From Minisyncoccota bacterium (GTDB taxonomy: Bacteria > Patescibacteriota > Minisyncoccia > JAHIHE01 > JAGLIN01): 64,000 bases of DNA. Of this stretch, positions 37,971-47,639 are shown one piece after another. Location of the stretch: assembly GCA_041661265.1 (NCBI GenBank), contig JBAZUT010000004.1:63980-127979 (forward strand), in the 5' to 3' direction. The translations under genes and the position numbers were made by a program. Each line of letters begins with the position of its first letter. The first letter of the stretch is position 1. The notes under the pieces are model-generated. The model worked only from the letters and a program-made list of their open reading frames with translations. It was not told the DNA's origin and did not search any database.

Positions 37971-40900
37971 TTAGGGGGTGTAGGAATACGTTAAGATCAA
38001 TTTTGCGTTCAGGACATAAGTCGGTGTGGTTGTACCTTTCAGGAACAAGGTATAATTCTTGCTTCCGGCGGGGCCTGAGGTTGTGAGGTCCTGCATATTC
38101 TCCTGTCCGTTGCCCTGAACATTCAATGCGTCAAAAAGGATCGTGAACGGTGTGGGTCCTGAGGAAGAAGACTCGATCGTGAAATTGTCTCCTGCAGGCC
38201 CTGAGGGCTGATTTCCGCGCAGGAATCCCACGTTTATGGTCTGATCGGACGCAGAGGCTCCGGACACGCCATTCAGTTCTATCATTGCGGATCTCAGGGA
38301 TACGGTGTTATTCGGGTTTTCGGGGATGGTAACAGAAAAATTAAATGATCTGGCTGTTTCCACAACAGACCCTTGCTCCTGGGCAATAAACATCTCAACG
38401 GTCTTTATGGGCATGGCGGCTCCGGTGGCGAAAGTGCAGTTTGCAGAAAAGCCTTCGTTTCCAAAAAAGTCTTTCGAACGGGCCCTTAACACATAACCCG
38501 ATCCGGGCGAAAGATTTGAAAGGCTGATCATATGAATTCCGCCTGCTCTGGGATTCGGGATCGCCGGAGAAAAGTTTCCGGGAATGGACCATGTTTCGGC
38601 ATCTGTACCGATCTTATATTCGACTTGAGCTGTGGCGAAATCTTCTTCTCCCGGAGGATTGGCGTCGTTCGTATTCCAATCGATCATAGCGGATGTATCG
38701 GAAATATTCGATGCCGGGCAGACTCCTGCAAGGAGAGGGGGAGTGTTGTCGAGATAGAGGTCCGTGTTTGTCGCCTGAGGCGCGGTTCCGAATTCGGTCC
38801 ATGGGCCGATCTTTCCGGCTGAATTCGTCAGTCTTATATGCCAATGATAATTCCCGTCATTTGCTGCGGTTATACCGCTTACGTTCAGGAAGTCTCTGAT
38901 CATTATTCCGGAATAGGGGAACGATCCCTGAACAAAGAATCCGGAGGTCCGTTCAGGACAATTCGGGAGTATGCACTGAAAGCTTATTCCTATCGGCTGC
39001 ATTTCAAATTCTGGCGTGATCGTTTCCCCCGATGTCTTGTTGGAATCCATATCCAGTCTGAAATACGCCGATGATTGATTCCCGAGCCCTCCTCCTTCCG
39101 CAATGTCCAAGGTCGGGGGTTGGGCAAGATCAGTGTTGGCTGCGAACTGAAAAATGTTTGAGATTGCCGAATTTATGGTTAAGCTGCTGTAGCTTCCCGA
39201 TAGGCCGCTAGAGGGATTAGTTACGACGACAGTCCATGTGCCGACTTTTATTTCTGTAAAATCAAAAGCTCCTCCGTTCAAAAGTGCGGCACTTACTCTT
39301 GTAAAGGGAGTGGAAGGTGTTAGATCGGTTTCTCCTGCCATGGTAAGTTTTATAGTAGGACTTAAGTCAAAATTATTTCCATTTATTGAAATGCCCGACA
39401 GTAGTTCAAAATCAAATCCATTTGCGGGAGAGATTCCTGTAATACTTGGTCCGTTCGGATTTACAGTAAGGCATCCCCCGCAGGTGCTTACAAATCCGTC
39501 CATGTTTGTAAGCTCGAGGTCCCATGCTCCGTCGATGGCGCTGGATAAGTCAAATGTTGCGTACACATTCTGATATGCGGTTGTAACGCCATAGGCAGCT
39601 CCGACATTGTCTCCCTGAATGGAAGTTTGACCCGTTTTCTTCAGCCGGAAAACCGGTCTCGTGTCGGTGGGCATTGTGTCAGAATCGATCCCGAAACCAT
39701 TGAAATGTATGACGACACCTGTCTGTCCGCTTGTAACCGGAGATGAAGAGGAGCTGGTTATGAGCGGAGGGTCAATAGTAAAATTTCCTGCCGGATATTG
39801 ATTACTGGTTTTTGCGTCTGAACGAGTTAGCTGGATTTTGCCGGTCGTGACACCAACTCCCTGCTGTCCGGGAATTCGAACTGTCAGACTAGTTTCACTC
39901 CAACCTCCGATCAGTGCGGCAGAATTATTGATTACAGTCACGCTGCCGGTGCTTGTTCCAAAATGATCGCCGGAGATTACGATATTCGAGCCGATCTGTC
40001 CGTTTGCCGGTGCGGAACTGATATTCGGGTAAATATAAAAATCCAAAGGCGTGCTGTCGGGAGCTCCTGCGCTGACTACTTGCAGGGAAACCAGTCCTCC
40101 GTATGAGGCGAGATTGGCATTAACCGCAAATGTAATGGACGAGTTTGACCAGGCGGTTACATCGGCGTCAGTCACTGTGGCATTGCCACCCACGATAAAT
40201 CTCACGCATCCCGTTCCTGCGCCTCCCGCACAGTTTGCCCTGGAGCCTGCCAGCACCGTCCCAAAATTGGAGCCGGTTATGATGGCGCTATAGCCGCTTC
40301 GCGCTCCATCACCGCCGATCTCATAAGAAACGGAGGTTGCATCCATCACCGCCGCATTGATCGTAATCATGCCTGGAGAATAATCGCTGACATCAGGGTT
40401 GACGCCATCAGTGGCGATCCCATAAATATAATAATTTCCGGGAGTAATCCCTGTCGTGTCCCATGAACAAATGGCGCCGGAACCCTCAGCTTGATTCTGA
40501 CAGGTTGGAATTGCTGTATATCCATTTCCGCTATTGGTATCGCTGTCATAATAGAAATTAACCGTAGCCGCGTCTTCTGCGTCGGAAAGATCATACATGA
40601 TGTTGTATGGATCGCCAACAGCCACAGTGTCACTTGTGCCGTCGGGCTGGATGACAGAAAGTACGGGTGCAGTGTTAGGCTGTTTTTTTATAATAAACAT
40701 TCTGCCTGCGCCGGCCTGCGTGGTACCTGTAGTGGTAATCGTTTTGGCGGTTATGGTCTGGCTCGCGCCGGATGAATTCAATCCGGTTTGCACGACCGCT
40801 CCGGCATCGGTTCCCAAATTAGTATTGGCGGTAGTTCGCACCGCCCAGGTAAGCGAATTTCCCGAAAGCACGGTCTGGCCGGTAATATTTTCAAATCTGC

Positions 40901-41588
40901 CACCAAACACCACGGCCATGTCTCCGTCATTAACTGTGGCTATCGCCGGCGCGGCTATCGGTCCGATATTAAGCGATGATGCCCAGTTGGAAAGAGAGGC
41001 GGTGTAGTTGACGATCGGATTTATTGTATCTGTTCCCCTGTAAGTTTGAATGAATTCAATCACGGTTTCACCGGAATTACCTGCCGTGTGATTGGTGATA
41101 CTTGCCTGAAATGTTCCATCACCAGCTTGCTTCATTCGCCAGCCAACCGCAACCAGACCCCTACTTACCGTTACTGAACTGAAAACGGGAGTAAAGCCTG
41201 CAGGGAGATTTACGGTTTCATTTCCGCCTGTAGCGCGGGAATAGTGGTAGAAAACCAACAGATCGCCGTCTGAGGTGGAAGCGTTCGGAGTTATCGCGCC
41301 CGGTGCGCCTCCATTAGTATAAATTATGTTGGAGTTGCCGATATAACCGGCTGCCGCACGCGCTTCCTGAACTTTTATTCCCTCGGCCAAATTTCTGTAT
41401 GAATTGAATTTATCGACCACATTCTCGTCTTTTGAAATGTGAAAAGCCTTATCGACGATATCGCGCGAAGCGAGATAGGAGTTGATAACTGAATCGATAA
41501 CATAAAAAGGACCGTTGGAAAATGATATTCCCAAGATCGCTGTAAAGATCAGAAAAGATCTGAGGATTTTATTAATTATTTTCTTCAT
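37971..41588 (-). CDS. Giant secreted cell-surface adhesin-like protein (1205 aa) with multiple Ig/FN3-like beta modules; C-terminus is a third copy of the ~125-aa domain.
   Basis: Signal peptide. Gly/Thr/Ser/Ala/Asn-rich beta-strand-like composition with repeated about 90-100-aa modules. C-terminal ...FIAQEQG...TIPENPNNTVSLRSAMIELNG...YTLFLKG...AKLILTYSYTP matches the domain in 36684..37961. Higher local G+C than neighbours. Confidence 0.8.
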   Translation of the reverse strand: MKKIINKILRSFLIFTAILGISFSNGPFYVIDSVINSYLASRDIVDKAFHISKDENVVDKFNSYRNLAEGIKVQEARAAAGYIGNSNIIYTNGGAPGAITPNASTSDGDLLVFYHYSRATGGNETVNLPAGFTPVFSSVTVSRGLVAVGWRMKQAGDGTFQASITNHTAGNSGETVIEFIQTYRGTDTINPIVNYTASLSNWASSLNIGPIAAPAIATVNDGDMAVVFGGRFENITGQTVLSGNSLTWAVRTTANTNLGTDAGAVVQTGLNSSGASQTITAKTITTTGTTQAGAGRMFIIKKQPNTAPVLSVIQPDGTSDTVAVGDPYNIMYDLSDAEDAATVNFYYDSDTNSGNGYTAIPTCQNQAEGSGAICSWDTTGITPGNYYIYGIATDGVNPDVSDYSPGMITINAAVMDATSVSYEIGGDGARSGYSAIITGSNFGTVLAGSRANCAGGAGTGCVRFIVGGNATVTDADVTAWSNSSITFAVNANLASYGGLVSLQVVSAGAPDSTPLDFYIYPNISSAPANGQIGSNIVISGDHFGTSTGSVTVINNSAALIGGWSETSLTVRIPGQQGVGVTTGKIQLTRSDAKTSNQYPAGNFTIDPPLITSSSSSPVTSGQTGVVIHFNGFGIDSDTMPTDTRPVFRLKKTGQTSIQGDNVGAAYGVTTAYQNVYATFDLSSAIDGAWDLELTNMDGFVSTCGGCLTVNPNGPSITGISPANGFDFELLSGISINGNNFDLSPTIKLTMAGETDLTPSTPFTRVSAALLNGGAFDFTEIKVGTWTVVVTNPSSGLSGSYSSLTINSAISNIFQFAANTDLAQPPTLDIAEGGGLGNQSSAYFRLDMDSNKTSGETITPEFEMQPIGISFQCILPNCPERTSGFFVQGSFPYSGIMIRDFLNVSGITAANDGNYHWHIRLTNSAGKIGPWTEFGTAPQATNTDLYLDNTPPLLAGVCPASNISDTSAMIDWNTNDANPPGEEDFATAQVEYKIGTDAETWSIPGNFSPAIPNPRAGGIHMISLSNLSPGSGYVLRARSKDFFGNEGFSANCTFATGAAMPIKTVEMFIAQEQGSVVETARSFNFSVTIPENPNNTVSLRSAMIELNGVSGASASDQTINVGFLRGNQPSGPAGDNFTIESSSSGPTPFTILFDALNVQGNGQENMQDLTTSGPAGSKNYTLFLKGTTTPTYVLNAKLILTYSYTP

Positions 41589-42543
41589 GATAATCTCTTA
41601 TATAGGCGTAAGTTTTTTCTGAAACATCTTCCATTTTTTCCATGGCCATCTTTTCATTGTTGTCTCTTATCATTATGGTCAGCAAGTATGGCCTGTTTTT
41701 AAAATATATCAGTCCGGAATCCAAATAAATTTCTTTTTCCCGATCTATGCCGATTTTATGCGAAAAAATGATATCTTGGGGCAGTGCGCTTTGGATATAA
41801 TCTTTAAACGGCGATTGAGACAGGAAGTTAAGCAGTTTTTGCGAATTCTCGTCGGATAAATAGGAGGAATTATACAGCGTTCTAAAAATAACCGAATATC
41901 TTTTGGCGCTAAGATTGCCGTTCGTAGAGAGAAAACCTTTCAATCCCATGTGCTCATACACATCGTCGATTTCCTCCGTTTCCAAATTCCTAACCAGGAT
42001 AAAGTGTGCCGTGTTGTCAGAATCGGCAAGAGAACGTCTTACGAGTTCTTCTATGGTGAATGTCGATCCGGTAGATTCTTTGTGCAATGATCCGAATTTA
42101 TCATCCCTATCCGAAGACATGAGCACCAGCTTGTTGGTCCATTTCCATTCGCCTTTTTCTATTTTTTTTGCAACGGCCATAGCCGCTGGAACTTTCAGTA
42201 AGCTTGCCGGATAGAATTCGGCGTCTTTGTTTGTTGCGATACTGGCACCTGTCGGCAAATACTCAAAATAGATCGAAACATTCAAATCTTTTTTATATTT
42301 TTCGTCTAAGTATTCGCGGAGCGGCTGTACATTGATTATCAAGTCTTGTTTATCAATTAGTTTCCTGGCGGGATCAAGAAATTCGAATTTTCCGCTCGCA
42401 GACTCTTTCGAAATATTCGTTTCATCCGGCGCATAAACGAAAAATGTCCACAAGTTTGTTATCGTCAAAATCGCCGTCAAAATCCCTAATGCGATTACAG
42501 TTATATTTTTATCATTGTTTTTCTTGTTCCCGATTTCTTTCAT
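41572..42543 (-). CDS. Membrane-anchored class-A beta-lactamase-fold serine hydrolase (penicillin-binding-protein-like).
   Basis: N-terminal TM. SxxK (ASLLK), SDN (DSDNTA) and KxG (HKIG) motifs in the correct order and spacing for class A / PBP-like enzymes. Overlaps the adhesin gene by 17 nt. Confidence 0.65.
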   Translation of the reverse strand: MKEIGNKKNNDKNITVIALGILTAILTITNLWTFFVYAPDETNISKESASGKFEFLDPARKLIDKQDLIINVQPLREYLDEKYKKDLNVSIYFEYLPTGASIATNKDAEFYPASLLKVPAAMAVAKKIEKGEWKWTNKLVLMSSDRDDKFGSLHKESTGSTFTIEELVRRSLADSDNTAHFILVRNLETEEIDDVYEHMGLKGFLSTNGNLSAKRYSVIFRTLYNSSYLSDENSQKLLNFLSQSPFKDYIQSALPQDIIFSHKIGIDREKEIYLDSGLIYFKNRPYLLTIMIRDNNEKMAMEKMEDVSEKTYAYIRDYHEENN

Positions 42544-42558
42544 AAAATATATAATTAA

Positions 42559-43146
42559 CTAAATTTCCGCATTAACCGTATGGCTGCCTTTTGGAAAGAA
42601 GATCGTCCAGATGAATTTTTTAGCTCCAGCATCATAATGCATCGATAGGCTTGTGATCTCAGGATTTTCCGGATAAGTCGAGAAGAATGTTTTTGCGACA
42701 AGCGTAGAATCCACAAATTCTCCTTTCAGTGTCTGAAGAGCTTTCACCGATTCTTTTTCTTCTCCGCCCCGCGATTCTCCGTCTTTAACGACGATCTCAT
42801 AGAGCATGTTCTTCGCCTGTGAATAGAAAACGAATTTCCAGCCATTGGACTTTCCTTCGGCCGTGAACTTTTTGGAAAAAAGGGTGATCTCGGAAAGATA
42901 TGAATCTTCTGACCAGGCCAGGGCATCCTGATCTGCAAGCCGCAGAGCTTCTTTCGCCGTAAGGTCGGCCTGAACTGTTTCTCGTTCGATCAATTTATTG
43001 TCATTTTTTTCAGAAGGAACATCGTTTTGCAGATTGATGGTCTTTGTTCCGGATAGGGGTCCTGGTTTCAGCGTATAGCCAAGCGCAAGACCCGTGAGGA
43101 ATGCGAGGATGATCGCAAGACCTGATAAAGCTTTACCATATTTCAT
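42559..43146 (-). CDS. Membrane-anchored or lipoprotein-like hypothetical protein.
   Basis: 195 aa; N-terminal hydrophobic segment ALSGLAIILAFLTGLALG then a soluble domain. Inside T4P operon 2. Confidence 0.55.
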   Translation of the reverse strand: MKYGKALSGLAIILAFLTGLALGYTLKPGPLSGTKTINLQNDVPSEKNDNKLIERETVQADLTAKEALRLADQDALAWSEDSYLSEITLFSKKFTAEGKSNGWKFVFYSQAKNMLYEIVVKDGESRGGEEKESVKALQTLKGEFVDSTLVAKTFFSTYPENPEITSLSMHYDAGAKKFIWTIFFPKGSHTVNAEI

Positions 43147-43164
43147 ATTCTTTTTATTAGAAGG

Positions 43165-43878
43165 TTATTTAAATTTCAGCGAGCCCGCACCGGTGTCCAG
43201 TTTACCGCTGCCATTATCCAGGTCGCTATAGGAATCCCATCCATTCTCATTTGCGGGGTTATCCAATCCTGCGGTGCAAACGGACAATGCGGCGTTCCAT
43301 GTTCCCGAAAGCGCCTCGCATCCGGCCTGATCGGCGGGAGCGGGGGATCCCCAGCCGTCCTGTTTCATTATCCTGTTCTTCCATCGTGTGACATATTGTT
43401 CCAGAATAGCGTCTTTCCCGTCGGCATAGGATATTACTATCTTTATTTTCTGCGTTGACGGATCTTCGGACCCGGATGATATCGAGATGTTTCCGTTGTC
43501 GCGATTGACGTTGTCGATGATTATCTTTCTCGTATAGACCTTGTTGTTAAGCGTGATATCGCAATCGGACGCGACGTCGGTGAGCAGCCAGGAGGATGCG
43601 TCATTCTTCAAGCAATAAACGAAACTTTCGCCCTTGTTGTTCTTGCTGCCGTTTCCGTCCGGAGGAAGATAAATGCTGTGCCAGGAGCTTTCGCTTATGG
43701 ATTTGACAGCTTCCATGCCTTCTTGGGCGAGCATCAACGCATCAAATCTGCTTTCCGTGAACTTTCCTTCTTTCATGTTCACGAAAAAGAGGTTTGAGAC
43801 CGCGATCACGATAATCGCAACCACCATTATGGCAACGAGCATTTCTATTAAAAGCTGGCCTTTTGAATTTAATTTCAC
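43165..43878 (-). CDS. Prepilin-type minor pilin.
   Basis: NSKG|QLLIEMLVAIMVVAII with Glu+5; 237 aa. Confidence 0.8.
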   Translation of the reverse strand: MKLNSKGQLLIEMLVAIMVVAIIVIAVSNLFFVNMKEGKFTESRFDALMLAQEGMEAVKSISESSWHSIYLPPDGNGSKNNKGESFVYCLKNDASSWLLTDVASDCDITLNNKVYTRKIIIDNVNRDNGNISISSGSEDPSTQKIKIVISYADGKDAILEQYVTRWKNRIMKQDGWGSPAPADQAGCEALSGTWNAALSVCTAGLDNPANENGWDSYSDLDNGSGKLDTGAGSLKFK

Positions 43879-43902
43879 TTTATTTCCTGAATTATCTCTG
43901 AT

Positions 43903-44388
43903 TTAAGGCATGCCGACAAATCCGGAAGTTCTTATGGATATATCTATATACAAGCTGGTATCTGCGAAGTCCTCTATCCTGATAGTGCAGTCGCGCGTTG
44001 TTTCTGCATTGGGCCGCGAGAAAATGATCTCATTACATCCGCCCAAAAGCGAATCGGCATTGATCTTCAGGGTGTTCGGCAGATAATCTTCCTTGACCGT
44101 GGTTTTTGTCGTGCCGTCATCGCTGAACGTCGAGATCTTGCCGCTTGCCGCATCAAATGAAACTCCCCAATTCTTTGCTTCGTTTCCGCTTAGGGCTTTC
44201 GCCTGAGCGCTCCGGAGCAAGCTGATGATTATCCTTGAAGAAGAATCGAGGTCTGCCGATTTTTTATACCCTCCCAGCCAGAGCGAAATTCCGGAAGCAA
44301 AAACAGCAAGGATGGCGATCGATATCAGAAGCTCGATCAGGCTGAAACCATGCTCAGTATCAAGTATCAAGTATTTTGTATTTAGCAT
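43903..44388 (-). CDS. Prepilin-type pilin.
   Basis: DTEHG|FSLIELLISIAILAV with Glu+5; 161 aa. The leader peptide is encoded by a 9-bp tandem repeat (see 44355..44443). Confidence 0.85.
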   Translation of the reverse strand: MLNTKYLILDTEHGFSLIELLISIAILAVFASGISLWLGGYKKSADLDSSSRIIISLLRSAQAKALSGNEAKNWGVSFDAASGKISTFSDDGTTKTTVKEDYLPNTLKINADSLLGGCNEIIFSRPNAETTRDCTIRIEDFADTSLYIDISIRTSGFVGMP

Positions 44389-44443
44389 TAATATATGGAA
44401 TCAAACAGTTAGTATCTAGTATCCAGTATCTGGCATCTAGTAT
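44355..44443. repeat. ATACT(T/A)GAT-type periodic repeats (9-nt period) spanning the 5' UTR and leader-peptide codons of the pilin gene 43903..44388.
   Basis: Within the CDS (- strand sense): atacttgat atacttgat actgag encodes KYLILDTE; upstream (sense) tatactagat gccagatactg gatactagat actaa. Plus-strand coordinates 44355-44374 and 44410-44443. Confidence 0.7.
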
Positions 44444-44487
44444 AAATTCTAATACCATATATCACATACCATATACTATGTACCGAT

Positions 44488-45699
44488 TCATCCCACCGTC
44501 CCGACGATCTGATATATGGGAACGATGATCGAGAACGCGATGCCTCCGACGATCAGCCCCATCACAAGGATGAGCAGAGGTTCTATCAGGGAGATGACAT
44601 TCTTGAGTCCGTTATCAACTTCTTCCTCATAAAAAGCGGCAAGATCTTTCAGGACCGAATCCAGTTTTCCGGTTTTTTCTCCCACTGAAACCATGTTTAT
44701 CACGAGGTAGGGGAAATCCTTCTTTCTTCTTCGCAGTGACATTCCCAGCGATGATCCCTGGCTGATCTCGGTGTTGATCTCCTTGAAGTCGTTGCGATAT
44801 CGGTTGTATCCGAGGACTTCGCTTGATATGTCAATGGCCTTGAGGATGCTGACTCCGCTTGAAAGAAGGATCCCCAATGTCCGCGTGAATCTCGCCAGCA
44901 CTATTTTCCTATAAAGGTCCGAAACGACGGGCGTCCTCAGCATCAGCGATGAACTGAAAAACTGGAATGAAGGCCGGTTCTTGACAAGCATGAATGTTGC
45001 AACGGATGCAATAAGCGCAATTATGATGACAAGGATATTCTTTCCCAGAAAATCGCTGACGCTCATTATGAATTTTGTGCTCCATGGAAGATTCAGGTTG
45101 TTCTGAAAAAAGACCTTGGTCAGCCGGGGGATCACAAGGACCATGAGGATCGTTATGACGCCGAGGGATGCCAGAACAAGGATCGCCGGATATATCATCG
45201 CATTTTTAACCTTCTGCCTCATCTTATAATCCTTTTCGATCTGGATCCCGAGATAATCAAGAGATCTTTCCAAGGTTCCGGACACTTCTCCGGATTCGAG
45301 GATCGCGATGAATACTTTTGAAAAGAAATTCGGATATTTTTTGAAAGTATAGGACAGCGGCTGTCCTTTTTCCAGGTTTGATTTCGCTTCAGTGAGGATC
45401 CTGATGAGGATCTTTTTTCTTGCGTCATTAAGAAGTGTGTCCAGCCCTTCCTTTAGGCTGAGGCCGGCTTTGATTATTATGGAAAGATGTTTCGTGAGCA
45501 TGAGCTTGTCGACTGCAGACGGCGCCGAATGACCAAAAAGCGAAAGCCTTCCCATGGGATTCTGCTTTTCTTTTATGGAGACGACCGTCAGATTCTGACG
45601 GTTGAGATAGCCGAGGGCGATATCCTTGTTCTGAGCCTCTGTCTCCCCGTTGGTTATCTTTCCCTTGCTGTTTACCGCGGTATATATGAATGTGGACAT
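44488..45699 (-). CDS. pilC: Type IV pilus platform protein PilC (GspF family), second copy.
   Basis: 403 aa; two T2SF repeats, three TM; same architecture as 15730..16944. Confidence 0.9.
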   Translation of the reverse strand: MSTFIYTAVNSKGKITNGETEAQNKDIALGYLNRQNLTVVSIKEKQNPMGRLSLFGHSAPSAVDKLMLTKHLSIIIKAGLSLKEGLDTLLNDARKKILIRILTEAKSNLEKGQPLSYTFKKYPNFFSKVFIAILESGEVSGTLERSLDYLGIQIEKDYKMRQKVKNAMIYPAILVLASLGVITILMVLVIPRLTKVFFQNNLNLPWSTKFIMSVSDFLGKNILVIIIALIASVATFMLVKNRPSFQFFSSSLMLRTPVVSDLYRKIVLARFTRTLGILLSSGVSILKAIDISSEVLGYNRYRNDFKEINTEISQGSSLGMSLRRRKKDFPYLVINMVSVGEKTGKLDSVLKDLAAFYEEEVDNGLKNVISLIEPLLILVMGLIVGGIAFSIIVPIYQIVGTVG

Positions 45700-45936
45700 T
45701 GAAGTAAATTCAAAAATAAAAAATCAAAATGTAAAATGACAGATCAAAATGATAAAAGTTTGCATTTAATAACTGATGACCGGGAAACAAACGCCAAACA
45801 AGTTTCAATCACCGAATGAACAAAGTACGAGCATCTGATTATTACTCGCCTGCAGGCAGACAGATATTTTGATGTTTGGATATTTTAAGCTTTGCATTTT
45901 CACTTTGATTTTTGATATTTAAATTTTACATTATCA

Positions 45937-47637
45937 TCACTCCCTTATCACCCTCAATATCTCCGAAATGGTAGTGAGCCCTTTCTGCACTTTCTCAAGT
46001 CCGTCCTCGAACATAGGGACCATGCCTTCTTTTTCCGCGGTATCCCTGATCTCGCTTCCCTGGGCTTTTCTCAGGATCAGCTTTTTTATTTCGCTCGTGA
46101 TGTTCAAGAATTCAAATATGCCGATCCTTCCGCGATACCCGCTTTTTCCGCAGATCTCGCAGCCATTCGCGCTGTATATAGTGTCGAAGGTGCCTATATT
46201 GAACTTGGAGTGCGGATTCTGAGACAGCTGGCTCTTGATGATCTCAAGCGTTTCGGCGTCGATCTTTCCGCTCGAAAGGCATTTGGTGCAGTTCTTCCTG
46301 ACCAGCCTTTGCGCTATGACAAGGTTCAGCGTGGAAGCGAGAAGGAACGGTTCAGCTCCCATGTCGATCATTCGGGGGATCGCAAGAGACGCGCTGTTCG
46401 TGTGGAGGGTTGCAAGGACGAGGTGTCCCGTGAGCGAGGCCTGGATCGCCATATTAAGTGTTTCTTTATCCCTTATCTCTCCGACCATGATGATGTTCGG
46501 GTCCTGGCGGAGGAATGACCGGAGTCCGTCCGCAAAAGTGATGCCGGTCTTTTTGTTGACCTGCGTCTGGTTTATCCTGGCTATGTCGTATTCGATCGGA
46601 TCTTCAATGGTGCAGATGTTGACCTCCTGTTTGTTCAATATGTGCAATATGGAATAAAGAGTGGTTGTTTTTCCGCTTCCGGTGGGGCCTGTCACGAGGA
46701 TCATTCCCTGAGTTTTCATGATGTTCGCATAAAGCGATTCATGGCAGTTCTCGGATAGTCCCAGTTCGGCGAAGCTGACGGGTCCGAGGGATCCTGAAAG
46801 TATCCTGAGCACGGCTTTTTCTCCATGGAATGTCGGCATGATGGAAACTCTGACCGAAATATCCCTGTCTTGAGATCTGAATTTGAACCGGCCGTCCTGG
46901 GGCGCTCTGTGTTCATCGATCTGCAGGTTCGAAAGGATCTTGATCCTTGCGATAAGGGCGGAATGAACGATGGCGGGAAGTTCCGTGATGTCATGCAAAA
47001 TGCCGTCGATCCTGAATCTCACAACGACCTTGTTCGCAAATATCTCAAAGTGGATGTCGGACGCGTTGCCATAGGCCGCATAGTCCAGGATCGTGTCCAT
47101 GATGGAAATGATCGGGATCTCCTGGGCGATCTTTGCGGGATCATCCTGGCTCGTTTTTGCTTTTTCGATGTTGCTTTCGATTATATCATAGAATTCCTTT
47201 CCGATATCGCGCTTGTAGTTTTTCATCGCCTTTTTCAGCTTTTCTTTTCCGGCAATATATATTTTGACCGGCATGCCAGTCGTTATTTTCACATATTCTA
47301 TGGTTTCAAGGTCCAGGGGATCCTGCATGGCAATCTTCAGGAATCCTTTTTCTTCCCCGAATGCGATGAGCTGTTTTTTTTGGGCCATGCTTTCGCTTAT
47401 TCTGGAAAGTACCTTCGAATCGATCTTTTCTTTGGAGGGATCGGCTTCGGGAACATCAAGATATTCCGAAAGAAGTTCGGTGAGATAGTTTTCGGTCAGC
47501 ATGTTGCCGCCGATGAGCACATCCGCTATCGATTCTCCGGACCGGATGGACTCTTCTTTCGCTTTTGCAAAATCGGATCCGTCGATAATTCCGGAATCCA
47601 GGATTATTTTTTCCAATGTTTTTTCGGGGAGAAGCAT
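45937..47637 (-). CDS. pilB: Type IV pilus assembly ATPase PilB (GspE family), second copy.
   Basis: 566 aa; Walker A GPTGSGKTTT, tetra-Cys CTKC...CEICGKSGYRGR, N-terminal GSPII_E_N-like domain. Confidence 0.92.
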   Translation of the reverse strand: MLLPEKTLEKIILDSGIIDGSDFAKAKEESIRSGESIADVLIGGNMLTENYLTELLSEYLDVPEADPSKEKIDSKVLSRISESMAQKKQLIAFGEEKGFLKIAMQDPLDLETIEYVKITTGMPVKIYIAGKEKLKKAMKNYKRDIGKEFYDIIESNIEKAKTSQDDPAKIAQEIPIISIMDTILDYAAYGNASDIHFEIFANKVVVRFRIDGILHDITELPAIVHSALIARIKILSNLQIDEHRAPQDGRFKFRSQDRDISVRVSIMPTFHGEKAVLRILSGSLGPVSFAELGLSENCHESLYANIMKTQGMILVTGPTGSGKTTTLYSILHILNKQEVNICTIEDPIEYDIARINQTQVNKKTGITFADGLRSFLRQDPNIIMVGEIRDKETLNMAIQASLTGHLVLATLHTNSASLAIPRMIDMGAEPFLLASTLNLVIAQRLVRKNCTKCLSSGKIDAETLEIIKSQLSQNPHSKFNIGTFDTIYSANGCEICGKSGYRGRIGIFEFLNITSEIKKLILRKAQGSEIRDTAEKEGMVPMFEDGLEKVQKGLTTISEILRVIRE

Positions 47638-47639
47638 GG

